In this document: positions 37,621 through 53,104 of the stretch, in pieces | How the letters are laid out: each line of letters begins with the position of its first letter | Position numbering within the stretch: position 1 is the first letter of the stretch | Origin: Chrysomallon squamiferum | Taxonomy: Eukaryota; Animalia; Mollusca | Length of the DNA: 64,000 nt | Direction: 5' to 3' | NCBI GenBank assembly: GCA_012295275.1 | Contig: CM022669.1 | Location: 1,674,001 to 1,738,000, forward strand | Notes under the pieces: generated by a model | What the model saw: the letters and a program-made list of their open reading frames with translations, nothing else | Databases searched by the model: none | Told to the model about the DNA's origin: nothing | Translations under genes and position numbers: made by a program

Positions 37621-40600
37621 CTACTGTCAATGAAAGTTAGTATCTTTAAATATACAAAAATTTGTTGTTATTATGGCTGTTAATGAAATTTTTGCAGTGT
37701 AATATTTCATTAATCTTACTTTGCCTTCTTTAATATTATAATTTGTATATTTAATTAATTTGCAAAATATACAATGTCACAGTAGTTTAAGAACTGTTCT
37801 TCAGAAATAAAAAATGTTTTTCAATCCTCCTCCTTCTCAACAGGAACAAAGTAATACTATTTTTCCCATTGCAGTCTAATCAGCTTGTATTTCTAACACT
37901 ATGATCAGTGAAAAGTGAACTTTGTATTAATAGAAACTGTGGTGTTCAAATATTAAGTAATTATTTTGAAACCAGTCTTATGCTGACTATCACTGGACAT
38001 GTACTGAAAGAAGTGTTTCACCTTTAAATGCCAGTGTTAAAGATGAATTGCATAAACATTATCTAGACATGCCTATAATGCTAAAAGCCACCATGCCAAA
38101 TTGCAAAAACTGAAGATTATTCTAAATGAAACATTCCATAAAACTGTACCATTCATCATAAAAGATGAAAATGTCTGCTCATTGGTATGCTGAATAAGCA
38201 ACTCAACTTATGTATTTTATCATGACATTAAAGGATCTAATCTCAAATATGTATCACACAATGTGTTATCTTATGAAATGCACCCTGATAAATGATCAGT
38301 CTATGTTTAAGATATAAAATTGTCAGTGATGTGCTCGTAGAGCTTCCATGGAAAATTGAACATGTTTTCTACTGAACTGATGGTGATGGATCACAGTTAA
38401 AGAACAAGTATAACTGTTAATCTCTGGCATCACATTCAAACTCTGTCATTTCATCTACAGGATAGTGATTCCAGTAACTCAGTCATTCCACTGTGTGAGT
38501 TCTTTATCTGTGGCCTGTGCTAAGAATTCACAATGTGGTGATGATCTGATAGTTCTTAATCACTTCAACAATGTGAAGCATACTGAAGAATTGCCTGTTA
38601 AGCCAACAGAAAAGAAAGTGTCATCCTGGCAGAATATTCAACAAAGAAATCTAAAAATATTTTTCTTAGGCTAAACTATCTCCAAAGATGGATTTGAAAC
38701 TGATAAACATTCCTTCAAGCAAAAGGTGATAACACACAGTGTTTGGTTTGCCTGTTAAAGAATATAGAGACAGGGTTGAGGAAAACCAAATCAAGAGTAT
38801 GAATGAAATTCCTACAATGGATCATTATCAGCAGCATATATTCCAACATGACTTGTCAATTAATGAGTGAACAGAAATTTTTTTAAAAATAAAAAAGATT
38901 GAAAAAATAACTTGAACTTCACCTTTGACATGTGTTCACATAATGATAACAATAAAACATTCTACTTAGTTTTGTTAAAAAAATTAATTAATCAACTGTT
39001 TTAGCACACTGGACAAATTGTACATGCTGGTTCATAATTTTCAAAAACTAAAATTAACATTGTAAGTGTGGTTAGGTGGTATTCTGAAACAGACTGTATA
39101 CACTACTACAGAATGTATTTTAGAAAGCATCTTACTTGCTGGAAGAAAAGAGTTTGGGAATTTAAGACATTGTAACAAGTATGATGTCCAAATCTTGTAC
39201 ATCCTGGCATATTTTACTTTTGAATTTCTGAGTAAAATATTACATGACAGTCAAAATCAGACATGGCATACTTATAGTACCATGTGCTTAATTTCTATAA
39301 AAGGTCAAACATCAGTTGCTATGAAAACAGATTTTTAGTGAATGGGTATTAATAAGTGAAAATGTCACTTCCTGGCTCAACTCATTATCACAGAACCCAC
39401 CCATATATATAGTTCTATTTTATAATACAATAGAAGTGTGTATGTATTTACATATATATTTGCCTAAATGTGTGAGTGAGAGTGAAGTATGTATGTGTAA
39501 ATAAATGACTGTATGTTAGTATTAATCATAACTTATTAATAACATGGAAACTTACAATGATTAATTCCATATAATTTAAAACAATGGTTCTGAAAATTAG
39601 ACATCTTCCAAAACAAAAGAACTTGTTTACTTCCATGACACTTACTTAAAATCATGAGCTGTGAAAAAAACATTTTTAAAAACATGACAGAACCATTAAA
39701 CAAATAGTGTTAAATATTTCTTTTCCCAGTTTGTTTTGACAAAGATGTCAGGATAAAAGATAAACAAGATCTATTATTAAATACTATCTACTTCAAAGCA
39801 GAACTGACAAACCAGAATATGAGAAAATATTTCTAAGAATTTAGTTTTGATCACAAGAATTTGCTATAAATTATGGTTCATCTGGTTTCAATTCTTCTTT
39901 ATAATCTTCAAAAATCTTTAAACAAATACGTTATTGATTTTACTAACAAAAAACCCTGAAAGGAAATGAAACTCAAATATGGTAAATCATGACATTAATG
40001 TGTAAAAGTAACAAAACCAATACAACTGTCCACAAAAATTTATCTCCAGTCTGTTATATATTAGACAAGTTGAAAATATTAACGGGACAAAAATGTTTAC
40101 CTGTCAGTGGCAGAAAATGTATGCTGTTGCATCAAGATTACATATACTTCCATTAATCACTAAAACTTAGTGGAAAAATCCCAAAGCCTACAATCCTAGA
40201 TGTTAAATCAAAAAAATATTTAGAAAGGTTCTGTAATTTTGAAATCTTAATGGGAATGGAATGCTAAGATTGGAAGTAATGAAAATGTATCCTGGTGAAT
40301 CTACATGGCAAATTGTTCAACAGTTGCATATGTGCAAAAAAATAAAAATAAAAACTTTTTCAGTGGTTTACATAAAATTTTAATCATCATGTTGCATACT
40401 GAATTGAAAATATGACCACTCTTAAAGGAATGTATGCTTTACTTTCTGAATTGAACATATTTAACAAAATAAATTATTACTAATACTGTTATCAAAATAA
40501 TTAACTTTTATTGACTGTTTGTAAAAATAAAATAAATTAGATTTTTGTTGTGTTTTGGATTTACTTGGTTTATTTTATTTATTTTTTTATTTTTTATTTT

Positions 40601-40687
40601 TTGGTTTTTGTTGTAAATTAATTGTATATTCTAAAATACAGATATCAAATACTATCTTATCACATTTAAAAACATTGCTTTAAAACA

Positions 40688-40727
<40 letters not shown>

Positions 40728-41598
40728 TGAAAACCACAAAGGTTCAAAACAACTTCTGGGAATTCTACATCAGAAAGACCAAGTGAAGAGGTGTTTTAAA
40801 ACTTCTGATTCGGTTAATTTTGACACAATTCAAAATTCTCAGGATAATTCTGTTTATTTTTATCTGTAACATAGCCTATTTTAAATATTGAGAACAAAGA
40901 AATAACTTTGTGTGAAAACAATATTTTTATATACATGGATGTAAGTAATGCTTGTGATGAAACTAAGAAAATGTATTTTCTTATGATCAAAAATATCCTG
41001 TTTAATAAAAAATGATAAAAATTATTTTCGCAGAGGCTAGGGTAGACTGAAGTTATTTCACTCAAAGAATATCATTTCCATATTTAAATAGTTTAGGACA
41101 AACAAGATAGATGCACTTTTACTAATTACACGTAAAAGTGGTAATTCCACTATCTAGAATAATCAGTACCTAACTTTCTATGACACCACCACTTGATTTT
41201 GGATGTACTACTAAGCAAGTACATCATGAAATTGAATAACAGAATCTTATTTCTAGTTATTTAGAGAAATCAAGCTAAGCATTGGCTGTTGTGCAGTACT
41301 ATCTAGAGAAATCGAGATACTTAACACTATCCCATTTCACACAGTGGTTTGTTTCCAGATCAAGAAACATTACCCTTCACCTGGCCATGATTATCTAGAG
41401 AATCTAGTAAGAGATGAATGTACTATTTTAACTGAGCAAAAAAAGTCACACATGAAAAATATAAAATTTCTTTTTAACTTGGTTTTTATTATTATTATTA
41501 TTGCTGCTGTTGTTATTTTATTTTGATGTAATTTTTTTTTTTACTTAAATCTCTTTATTTCTTGTTCTTTCTTCATACTATGTATTCATTTGTTGTCT

Positions 41599-41600
<2 letters not shown>

Positions 41601-41660
<60 letters not shown>

Positions 41661-41681
41661 CACACACACACACACACACAC
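41601..41681. repeat. Compound (CT)n-(CA)n microsatellite
   Basis: Direct reading. Confidence 0.95.
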
Positions 41682-43032
41682 TCATATCAGATTTCATTTT
41701 TATTGTTTTTGTTAAAGCAAATAGTTCCATACATTATTTGCTTTAACATGTTAAAATAAATACAGAGTAATCAAAAAATAAAACCAAGTTAAATATCAGA
41801 ATAGTTATAACATTTTAGAAATATTTAAGTGTTGAACAATCTCATATAATCAGATATATTAACAGTTACTATATGTTTTTATGAATATACACATTTCAAA
41901 TAATTATAGGCTGATGAAAATGATGGTTATAACATAACCGTGCAGTTGGTATAAAGAGAAGATAAAAACTATAAATGCTCTGCAATTAAACCTAACAAAT
42001 CTATGACACAAATGGGCTTCTTCTGAAACCTGTCATAATGGTTTCAAATGACTGGAGTATTATGTAAATGTACAGCTGTGTGATTATCTGCATATACAGT
42101 TAATGGACAAAGCTTGTCTGTACAGATAGTTATATATTAGAACTGTACAGAGTTACAGTTTAGACAATCTTTGGGGAGTTTTTAACATGAAAACTGTATA
42201 AGCTGGAAACATACTTACAAGATGATTGTAAAAAGCCACTTACACCCAGTATATACATGCATATGCATGTTAAGAGGGAGAGAGATTTAATTATCAACTG
42301 TAAGCATTCCATGTAATTTTCTTTGAATATATTATTATTGTAATCATGCGAACATTATCTACACCTATTAATCTCATCTAATAAAAACCATATATATATT
42401 TTTATATATATAATGTAAGAAGATTTAATATCTTTGTTTGTTTTTAAACCTCCAGTTTTGAGATCATGGAATTTCTCCACTGATAAAGCTGTATGAATTG
42501 ACTTAAAACTCATTAATCCAGGATTATGACCTGATATACAAGCTGTTTCTACTTTTTTCTGTATTGCATGTTTTTATACTTAGTGAATATTTTTTATGTG
42601 TTCTTGAACAAGGACACTAGGACCAACAGGGTATATATTTTCCATTTGACTATTTCTATTTGTAATTTTAGTTAGGCCAATTGCCTAGGGACTGATATCC
42701 AATAGTAAGTACACATCTACACTACCCATCTTCTAGCACAGCTGCACCTAATAATAAGCCTCTCAACCAAGGAATTAAATTTACAAATGAAATTATGAAA
42801 CCTAAACTCATTATTTTACAGAATACATACTTGTGAATTTTATTTTTCTGCAGTGGCTACATTGTTAGTCAAATGACAATTACTAACTGTCACCGATCAT
42901 ATACACAATGAGGCACTTGACACACCAGTGCCTGGTTCCTTCCTTGCTTGAATCTGCTTATCCATGAACTCAGTCTGATGATTAATATTTCCTGTAGAAA
43001 ACATTTCTCTACAGATTCTGTTCTTCCTAAAG

Positions 43033-43079
43033 GATTTGTCAAACTTCTTCAACATGCTATAGAAGAAGTTTGACAAATC
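43033..43079. repeat. Perfect 18-bp inverted repeat with an 11-nt loop
   Basis: gatttgtcaaacttcttc - aacatgctata - gaagaagtttgacaaatc. Confidence 0.92.
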
Positions 43080-43423
43080 ATTTTATGTAGACATTAGCAT
43101 TTACTTTACCTTACATAGGATGTATGCTGGGATCCGATAGAGCTGTGTAAAGGTCCCAGGCTTGCTGAAAAGATCCAAACTGCCATTTCTTAATCTGATT
43201 CCAACTAAGTACATGGCTGCAATTTGGTCATCTCTGCTTACTGCTTCCACAGCCTGTTTATTAATGCTTTATCAGAAACATCTGAGGTAGCCCCACCCTG
43301 CCAACTTTGCATTTAGATCATCTACATAAGTTCTATGCCCAGCTGTCATTCCATGTTATGATATTGATTCCATGTTCCATATCACAGGAAAAGCTATTTC
43401 CTTTTCATTTAGTGTGTGTGCAT

Positions 43424-43456
<33 letters not shown>

Positions 43457-43870
43457 CGAGAGAGAGAGTCAGACAGACAGACAGACAGAGAGACTGCATG
43501 TTTGTGTCTGTAACAAGATTAGGAACTGTGTATATTATGTGTATTTAACAATCACAAAAACACATATACACACAATTAATTACTTTGAAAAGAAGTGAAA
43601 AGACTTTCCACATATGTGATGGTTACATCTATTTCAGTTATTACTAAACAACCAGATAAGATTACATATAAAGCTTACATAGTAAACAAATGTGAAGTTT
43701 ACCTACTGTTTAAAAATGATTTAATATTTTGAAATTAACATGATGTGTATTTCTGTACATTTATAAAAACAAAAAGAAACTTTGGGAAATGGTATGACAC
43801 TTTTGTTTTCTTTTCTTTAAATTTATTTACTTATTTATTTTTCTGCTTTGTTTTGTTACTTCTGGAAATG

Positions 43871-43902
<32 letters not shown>

Positions 43903-44211
43903 TCTTTAACCAGCCTAGTTTTTGTGATATTTGTGAAATGGACAAAACAATAAAATGAATCTCATAGAAATTGATACCCATGAAAATGCATTAATCTTGT
44001 GTTACTTAATTACAATGAAACTGCTACCAGACTAATCAACCCTTGCACAGAAACAGTACTGAAATGAATACTGAAAGGTAATATTACCAATAATCCAGAA
44101 AAGAAAAGCATCAATAAATTTAATTATGCAGTAAGATCAAAATCATACACTCAGTATCAGTACATTATTTTATTGTATTTTTCAAACAACATACATTTTC
44201 AGTTTTTTTTA

Positions 44212-44260
<49 letters not shown>

Positions 44261-47200
44261 TGCCAATTTCTCTCAAATTCTTCATCACACTTATTATTTT
44301 TAATTTCCAAATGATGTCGAATATGCCTATGTGATATCTTATATTAATATTTAATATTGTGTTCAATCAGGTTTCTGTCAATGTCAATGTCAAGAAGCCA
44401 ACAAAAATGAGAGACTTACCAGGGCTCAGTCTAGCAGTTACCAACATGTTTTAATTAATGGCCACCTGATAAGGAATTAAATACTAAACTGACAGCAATC
44501 TAAATAAACCAGTAATTCTGTCTATCCACTATCTTAACACAAGTTAAGGTATATCTACTGTTTAATTATAAGACATAATAAAAAGGAATATAATAATTTC
44601 TAAAACATTTATGATATAGTTAAGTATCAGCTGAACATTGAAAATAAATCTTCTAGTAACTATTGTAGAACAATGGGAGCAAACCAACATAAAAACACAG
44701 GGAAAATCAAACAATTTATAATTTATCTATAATTAGACATCACACCAGATCAAAACTAGAATAAGGCAATGACTTATCACATTCATTCATGAAGAAAATG
44801 CCAGTCATGAAGACCTAACCGTCTACAGCTCAACTGACAGAATATGTGTGTGTGTCCTGTCTATGTGTAACATTTTCCATTACTGCATTAACAAACTTTA
44901 TTCATTCTGTTTGTATAATTCTTTTAAGCTTTTGGACAGATCAAATTATATCATTTTCTGATCACTTGGGACATCGCTACACATTCATCTTTTCTACAGT
45001 TTAGTCTGGAAAGGTTTCAAGAAGGTCAGTATCAGTATGTGACATGAATTATACTCTGTAGTTTACAATCTTGCTTTAAAATGATAAATCTTTTAAATAT
45101 TCTAAGTTTAATACTATTACTTAAGTTTTAAATCTACATCCTCAGGTTTTCTAACACTAATGTTTTAGTTTTCTTTACTTTTTTCTTTTTTTTCCCACAC
45201 TAAATCCCCAATGAAAAAGTCTCATAAACTGACCTCCATGATGAGGCAGAGTTAAGAGTATCTATGTTCAACAGAACAAATACTTGCAGGCATCAATAGC
45301 CCAAGAGATGATGATAAGTTTCTGTGTCCTACACACACGTATCACATCACAGACTGAAATCTGATAATAGCTGATATTCAAAGATGCAGCACTGAAACAA
45401 AATAACTGTGTTGCAAATAACTGTAGTCAGACATTTTGGCCTGGATACTTCAGCCTCAAATATTTTTTTTTTAAAAAGAGAAAAAATAACACATTTTATT
45501 TATATCATCATAATAATAATATGGAAGAAAAAACGTAACAGGTCTTAAGTACATTCAAATAACACGAAGTCTTCATTAGCTTGTCCACCATACATATTAC
45601 ATTTAGCAGATCATAATCCAGAATCTGTAAACATATTGCAAAGTTAACTTTGTAACATTTGGTACTCTTTTTTACATCTTTTCTTGAAGTAAATTCCATA
45701 TTTTCTTTGTAACATAATTCTGTTGCAAGTGCACCTTCCACATGAATACAGTCAATGAATATCAAAGTACTTACAAGTATTGTAATATTTTTATTATGAA
45801 TAGTCATTTTACACACACACAATTTTGTTTTCCCTAATAAGACCAAAACATTTGCTAAAATGTAGGCTGAAATATCCTAGTTCACAGATAACACACTCCT
45901 ATAGTAATAAACTGTAACAGAAGCCAACTGAAGCATTGAATGAACTTAGTAACTGACAAAACACAACACTACTGCAGCATGTTACTCATTAGTTAATTAG
46001 AAAGAAAACACTTAATGTTCCAATTAGTTCAGCAAAAACCACTACAGGAAGACCTCATTATAGCAACTTGTTTATGTAAAAAAACAAAAAACCTAAGTTG
46101 AATTAAAATAATCTGCTACATTGTTTTCACACTCCAAATTTCCTGTCACACTTATGAATTTGTCTAGCATTCATAAACATCAAAATTTCTAATATTTGAA
46201 ACAGTCCAATTTTATTTAAGTATAACTTAAAAATTAAAACAAATATAAATAAATACTCAAGTGCCATAATTTTCTTTTTTGTAAATGTTAAAAAAATAAG
46301 TATTCTGAAGCATTCAGTTTAATTAAAATAATGAAACAGCATTAACTTGTTAAAACAGATGTTAGGTATGTCAAAATATTTAGTAGCCACTAATCTGAAA
46401 ATTGACTTATTAACACTGATGAAAAAAAGAAATGATCTAGGTTTCTTTAAAAAGAAAACAAACAAAAAAATGACATAAAATCGATGTTTCACTTGCCAAG
46501 CAACCATTTATATAGTGCAATCTTTCAAAGAAAAAAAGAAAGAGTTAGCTTTTGCTTCTTTAAACACAAGATAAATAGAGTAATATCTGTCAGTAACTCA
46601 TTTATTATAATTCTTCTTCAGAATGAAATGTCTGCTTGATGAAAGAGGTTCAGATTAAAAACAATGACCATTATATCAATAGATTAATGGATGAATAGAC
46701 AAGAATCAATAAGAAAAACAAATGAATGAACAAAGAAATGATAAACAAAAACAAAAAAATTATCTGAAATAAATAAAAAATAGAAGAAATAAAATATATT
46801 TGAAAAAATTAATTGATTCTTACAACTTATTTATTAAGGATAAAAATAAACAAAAAGGGAATATAAACTCTTTTTCATTCTGCATTTACTATGCTTTAAA
46901 GATGGATAAAAAAAAGGACAAGAAAACCAAAAACAACAACAAGCAAAAGATAATAAAAATGAAATATAAAACAACACAAAATAATTTTTTATAAAGTATA
47001 TTTTTCAAGTACATTTCTTTACATAAAAAGACTGAAAATCAAATGAATGAAGTAAAGAAGAAAAGTGAAATAAAAATTTAACATATAAAAAGAATACATT
47101 AATTTTCAAGAGCATCTTGTTAATGAAAGGACAAAAAATTAACATGAAAAATGATAGAAAGAAAAGGAATGAAAGATTAACTGAAAATAGTGGAAGTGAA

Positions 47201-48887
47201 TTAATACTTTAAAAAAATATTTCTTTTTGTTTTCTAGCATACTTCTTCAAATAAAGAAATAGATTTTCTCATTTATTACTATGCATTCCATTTTCATAAA
47301 CATTTCTTTCACTTGACGTCTTAAATTCCTTCCATTCCATTATTGTTCTTCATCTATCTGATAATTTCTTATCCATCAGTTTTTGGCAATTCTGTATACC
47401 CTGCTGTGTGATCAGAACTTCTCTGCTTCCAGCAGCTGTTTGTTTTATTTTTACTGTGAGTATATAAAAAATGAAACCCTTGTATGTTGTCGCTCAGGTG
47501 ATTTAACCTTAACTTTAATAATAATGTTATAATTTTGAAATGCCTAATGTACAATTATATTAAAGTACAGCAAAAAAAAATACAGTCTCAAAAAGAAAAT
47601 TAAACTTATTCATACAGAATAAATATAAATTTTTTTATAAAAATTTTCATTTGTATGCATGACATTTTTCTTAGTATTTTGAATTAATCTGAGTTTTTGA
47701 CAGATCTTGACAAGAAAGACAAAGTGCTGAACAAAATACTATTAAAAGTGAAGGGTAAATAGGGGAGATAGGCAAAGACAATAAATGAATAACAGAAGAA
47801 AACCAGAAATGGAAAGAAAATGGATACCAATACACACTAGAAGATAATTACAGAGCCTTTAGAAAATAGTTATATATATACATTGTAACAACAACTTTGC
47901 AATAACAACTTCTTCATCAATGTTATAACAACATGTTATAACGTACATAATCATCTGAACATTATTTTGTTAAATTTAATTCTTTCTTGATAAAGACCAC
48001 CTACATATCCAGACCATGCTTTTCAAAGTAGCAAGGGGCAATAAATAAAGATTACAATTCAAGTGGGAGCCAAATAGCCCTGAACCACATCATAAGTTCA
48101 AATCAGTTTTCTGCCAGAATCAGTAATCCTGGTGCCAGCACAGAAGCCCAGATAAGCTTTCAAGTGGATATGATAACCTTTGACCTTCAGGCCAGGTCCT
48201 TATCACACCACTGACAGGCAACAACTACACCAAAGGTGCCATATTTTGAACCCTGTATGTACTAATTGCCAGCACATTCATATAGGTGTAGTTGTACAAG
48301 AACACAGTGCCAGAATGTGTATTTTGCTTGCTGTTTATAACCTAAATATATTTTGTTTTTACATTTATGTGTAAATATATACATTCACTCACACTGCATG
48401 CATGCAGTCAACATCCTGTTCTTCTGATTACAATATCAACTAGAAAACAACAAGAACCAAAAATCCAGCTAAATCCAAAGACAAATTTATGTGTAGCTTA
48501 ACTATTAACTTAAATTGCATTCAGTTCAATATAAACCAAAAATAAAGAAATAAAGAAAGAAAGAAAGAAAGAAAAAGAAATAATTCAGAATTCACATAAA
48601 TGTAATAAAAGTTCAGTTATTTATTATTATTAAAAAGAAACTTTGATATATGGTTAAAACAAAAGAAAATAATCAGCTAGTCATTGTTTATATTATTATC
48701 TGTAAGAATCAGTATCTCTTTTAGACATATCAAGTAATATTTTTATGTGTAACTGTGACATTATAAAATTTGGTAAAAGGATAAAATCAGATGTAAAAAT
48801 AGACCTCAACTAAACATGATCACAGAAAATAATTGTATTTTTTGTTTGATGCCTGGACAAATACTAACCATTTTATGTTTGTGTTTT

Positions 48888-48919
48888 AATATAATAATAA
48901 TAATAATAACAATAATAAC

Positions 48920-48960
<41 letters not shown>
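48888..48960. repeat. (AAT)n microsatellite
   Basis: Direct reading. Confidence 0.9.
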
Positions 48961-48962
<2 letters not shown>

Positions 48963-50849
48963 GGATGTACTGACTTATATGTCAGAAAGGTCATTGCTCA
49001 TTATAAAACATAGGGCATTTTAAAAATAGATTGTTTTATACTAGAAAAAAACTAATATTATGCTCTACTGAGAAGAAATTTCAGAAAATAAATACAAGAT
49101 AATAATCTGTTATTAGTTAAAATGTTGACATTGTTTTTGTATGCTTCTGTTAAGATTAGTAATTTTTCATGTTTCTTTTCCTTTACAATTGTTTATATGT
49201 GATATGTGACCTATGTTATACATGCATGTGCCTTTTTGAGTGTGTTTGTGTGTGTTTCTGTGTGTGCCTCTATTTGTGTTTGTGTATGTTTATATACTCA
49301 GTCATTGTGTTTTAATTATTATATATTTTATAATTAGAATCAGCAGCACAGTTACAACAGTCTTATTTTTTTATTGTTTATCTCTAAGATCACTCAATTC
49401 ACATCATTTTTATCAACTTAACCTTGTTTCTTCATCATAGGAAAATTGATTCTAACCATGGTGAAAAACAGAAATACTTGCTTTGAACTGGTTCTGGTAA
49501 TAAACTGTATTTGCAAGTTAGGTGCCATTTTTAGGTGCCAGGCTGCAGCATGGAATGCTGTATGAATTGGAAAGAACCAGTGGAGGAAGAGAAAAGAAAA
49601 GAAAAAAAAAAGAAAGTGAGTAAGGTGGTGTGATTAGGAAATAAAATATCATGGTGTTCATTCAGCTGAAAGAAATATGACAAATTAGAAACACACACTA
49701 ACAGCAAATTTAAGTTACAATGACTGGTTGTATGTACAATTGTTCTGCACAGCATTTAATATGATGATTAAGAACTGTTAGATGTTTTCTTATACTATTT
49801 ATATATATTTTTTAATGTTCTGTATGTGCATACTGTATTAGAAAAAATAAAAATAAAAATACTTGTTAAATATATCTGTATTATCACTGGAGTTAAAGTT
49901 AAATAAGATAGTTCAGATACTTTTTGTATGATTTATTATTTGTACGTGTGTGTGTGTGTGTGTTTTTGTGTGTGTGTGCATATGTGTATATGTATGTATG
50001 TGCTTATGTATCTCTATATTGTTTGTGCATATGTTTCTACCTGCTATGAATGTCTATCTTTCATTATGTATGTAATATATCTGCTCTGAAGTACATAAAT
50101 GCATATATCTTTAGTTTTTTCTTAATATTTGATCATTAGGAATCTATTGGCATTTATATTTGTAAGAATATAGTTGATAACAAATGCCATGTACCATTAA
50201 AAATAACAGTGAATATTGAAGTATGTGGCTGAATCTGTGCCAAGAAAATACATTAGTTAATGCAGAAAAATATTCAAGACAAAATGACAGAATACAGAAA
50301 TTAAGTATTTTGGCATTCATTTAATGACAGAATTTGGTCTAAATCAATAAATGAGTCTAACATAGCATACCTGAGTTGTCAGGTCACCAGGAATCAAAGT
50401 TCTGTGACATTATAGCAATTCTTTTTTATATACTATTCAAAAGACATTAAGAGTCAAAAGAATGTTTTGATAATTTTTGGATGTATGGGTTTTAGGGTTT
50501 GTTTTTTTTGCCAGATAGGGTTAGAATATTAACCTTTGTGCTGTTATTCAGACTAAAGACATCACATTATTAAGGTGATTACAATCATTGCCCTTATCTT
50601 TAGAAACTTTTAAGTTAACCCAGCTTTCCTTTTCATGGATTTGAAGCAAAAAAGTCAGACTAAATTGACAACCTGAATTGAGACACCTACTGTGACACCT
50701 ACACCATTTGCACTTGCTTAGAATGAGTGTAATTCAATGCATGCCAATTTTAGCAATTTTTCCTAACATCATTATTTTAAATTTGAAGATGGTTTGACAA
50801 CAATTCTGTTTGCAACAGTAGTCTGATCAAGAAAGGCTTGTCTTGATTG

Positions 50850-51325
50850 GTGTAAATGTTTTGTCTGATGGAACTGTGGGCAATGGGCCAAGATCTTTTT
50901 TAATGAAGAGTCATGGTATTTTTTTCAGTTCAGCAATGGTCAGGCACATGTTTACCATTGTCAAGGAAAAAAATGTCCAATGTTAACACTGTTCAATATC
51001 TACTGTACATCATTAATGGAAATTTGACTGGACAGTGTAATTTCAACAAAACTGTTCAACCTTTAGTAATTCCACTTCTGCTGCAACTTGAACCAGGAGT
51101 TTGGTTCCAGGATGACAGTGCAAGACCTCATCATGCTGAAAATTCAGCACATGAATTGGCCTCCATATTCAGGTTGATGAGTCCAATTACATCATGTCTG
51201 TGCTGTCAACTGCAGCACTGCCTCAGCAATTAGTTGCAGAATGGCAAGTGATTCCTCAGTGTTAACAGTGTGCACCAATGTTGTCAAGAATGTATGATTG
51301 CTAATGGTGGCTATACCAGTTACTG
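50850..51325 (+). mobile_element. Decayed Tc1 transposase, C-terminal half
   Basis: IINGNLTGQ...LVIPLL...WFQDDSARPH, a degenerate WP..S..MSPI, and a terminal ECMIANGGYTSY*. Confidence 0.85.
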
Positions 51326-51537
51326 ATGTTTCTACTACATGTGTGAACATCATTTTTTGGGGTGTATTACTTTCTCCATCTGGATGGTAAACTAATTTCC
51401 AAGGAAATGTTTTTTGTTTTCTGTTTTCTGTTCTTGAGACATCAAATAAATAATCTGTTATTAGTGGTCACAATTTTAGTTTATTTTTATTTGCACAAAT
51501 ATTTCTGACATTTAACTTCTTTTGAGTAGTATATATA

Positions 51538-52300
51538 CCGTATATACTTGTGTATAAGTCGAATTTTTGGGAGACTATATTAAGGTAATGCTTTTGTAGC
51601 TGTTGCTGAAGAGTCGCCATTTTGACTATTTTTTGCTACAGGATGCATCTAAAATAATCGCGGTCTTTCAGCTTTTCAAAAATATAATTTTATCATATAA
51701 AAAATTTTGAAAAATTAAATAACAAAACCAAATATGAATGTAAAACATGATATTCTTCCATTTAATGACATAAAAATACATTTTAAAGCGAGAAAACCGT
51801 CAGTACGGCATTATGCCTTACGGCGTCTTGCAGTGATCTAGGAATGCAGACTTCTCTGCCAAATTGCACTAAATATCGGTCCTAATTTCATAAACAAAAC
51901 TCACTTGTGTAATTGTAAAGAATTTGGTGAAATAATATTGCAATCGTCATTAATATCCACTACCGACAAATCGACTAAATATAACGGTAAGTTAGGTCTC
52001 CATGTTAGACCTATTACATTAAAGAGATACTATTTATGATACATTTAGGCTATAGCTCGTGTAATACATGCATTTACGTTATTATGGTATGTTCGTGCAA
52101 GTTACAGCTCGTGCAAGTTATGTTACAGTAGGCGTACAATGTAGGCCTTCATGGCACTGTCACACTGGTCTAAAAATAGTGACGGTGCCTGGAATCTACA
52201 GTCGACTTATACACAAGTAATACCTAAAATGACGCAATTTTTGGTCTTAAAATACACATCGACTTATACATAAGGTCGCCTTGTACACAAGTATATATGG
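51538..52300. mobile_element. Non-autonomous Tc1/mariner-superfamily (pogo/Tc2-like) TIR element
   Basis: TA on both flanks. Left end ccgtatatacttgtgtataagtcga matches the reverse complement of the right end (ccatatatacttgtgtacaaggcga) with 3 mismatches in 25. Subterminal tcgacttataca copies near 52202 and 52259. CpG-rich interior. Confidence 0.88.
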
Positions 52301-53014
52301 TATGTGGACACATGTTTCTAATAACTTCAGTAACTATCCTAGCTTTATATTTATATATAATAATGTAGTGATAATACACTTCCACATATTCAATCCCTGG
52401 AGAATCTTTTGTGCTGTCTACTATGACAACAACTGTCCAGTGGTCATTAATATTAAATGGTCCTGTACAACATAAAACATATTTAGCTAATCAACAGAAA
52501 CAGGCCTCCAAATGACAAGATTAATTGAATCATTTCATTTTTCACTCTTTAACAAATCAAATGTCTGCATATTCATTTCTTTTCCTGATGATGTGCTTAA
52601 GAACAATGGCTTGTGAACAAACAGGTTAGTAAATGACTAACTAAAGGGAGATACAACCAAAACTACATATGGCAACATATGGTGCTTTAGATCTCGAGCA
52701 TTTATTATTTTATTTTTTTAATTTAAATCAGTTGTAAATGAAATATTCCAATTATAGGTAAAATTTTGCTTCGATGTATCAGCTGAGCTAATTTTTTTAT
52801 TCTAGCCAGTGCATTATCACTATTAAAAATCTATGGTTATATCCATCCATGAAATGGTACACATGTTAAAACATCATTTACTGCTGATAAAGAAGTCTAG
52901 TAAGCAGAGTAGTGGAAATAAATTTGTTTTCTAGTGAATAATTATTAATATAAATATGTGATACAGTTTTAGTTATCATTAAATATTTATTTATTTAAGG
53001 TGTCTAATACTTAC

Positions 53015-53104
53015 CAAATACCACATCATTGGCCATTTTGGGTCATTAAAAGTAGAATGTCTTTTCACCCGTTTCTTAGCAACTTGCTGTTCCAACCATC
53101 TAAC
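53015..53104 (-). CDS. furin: Furin-like convertase exon: end of prodomain and start of mature enzyme
   Basis: ttttag|...|gtaag, 90 nt, phase 0-0. Translates VRWLEQQVAKKRVKRHSTFNDPKWPMMWYL, with the R-X-K-R autocleavage site and the NDP.W..MWYL motif. Confidence 0.95.
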
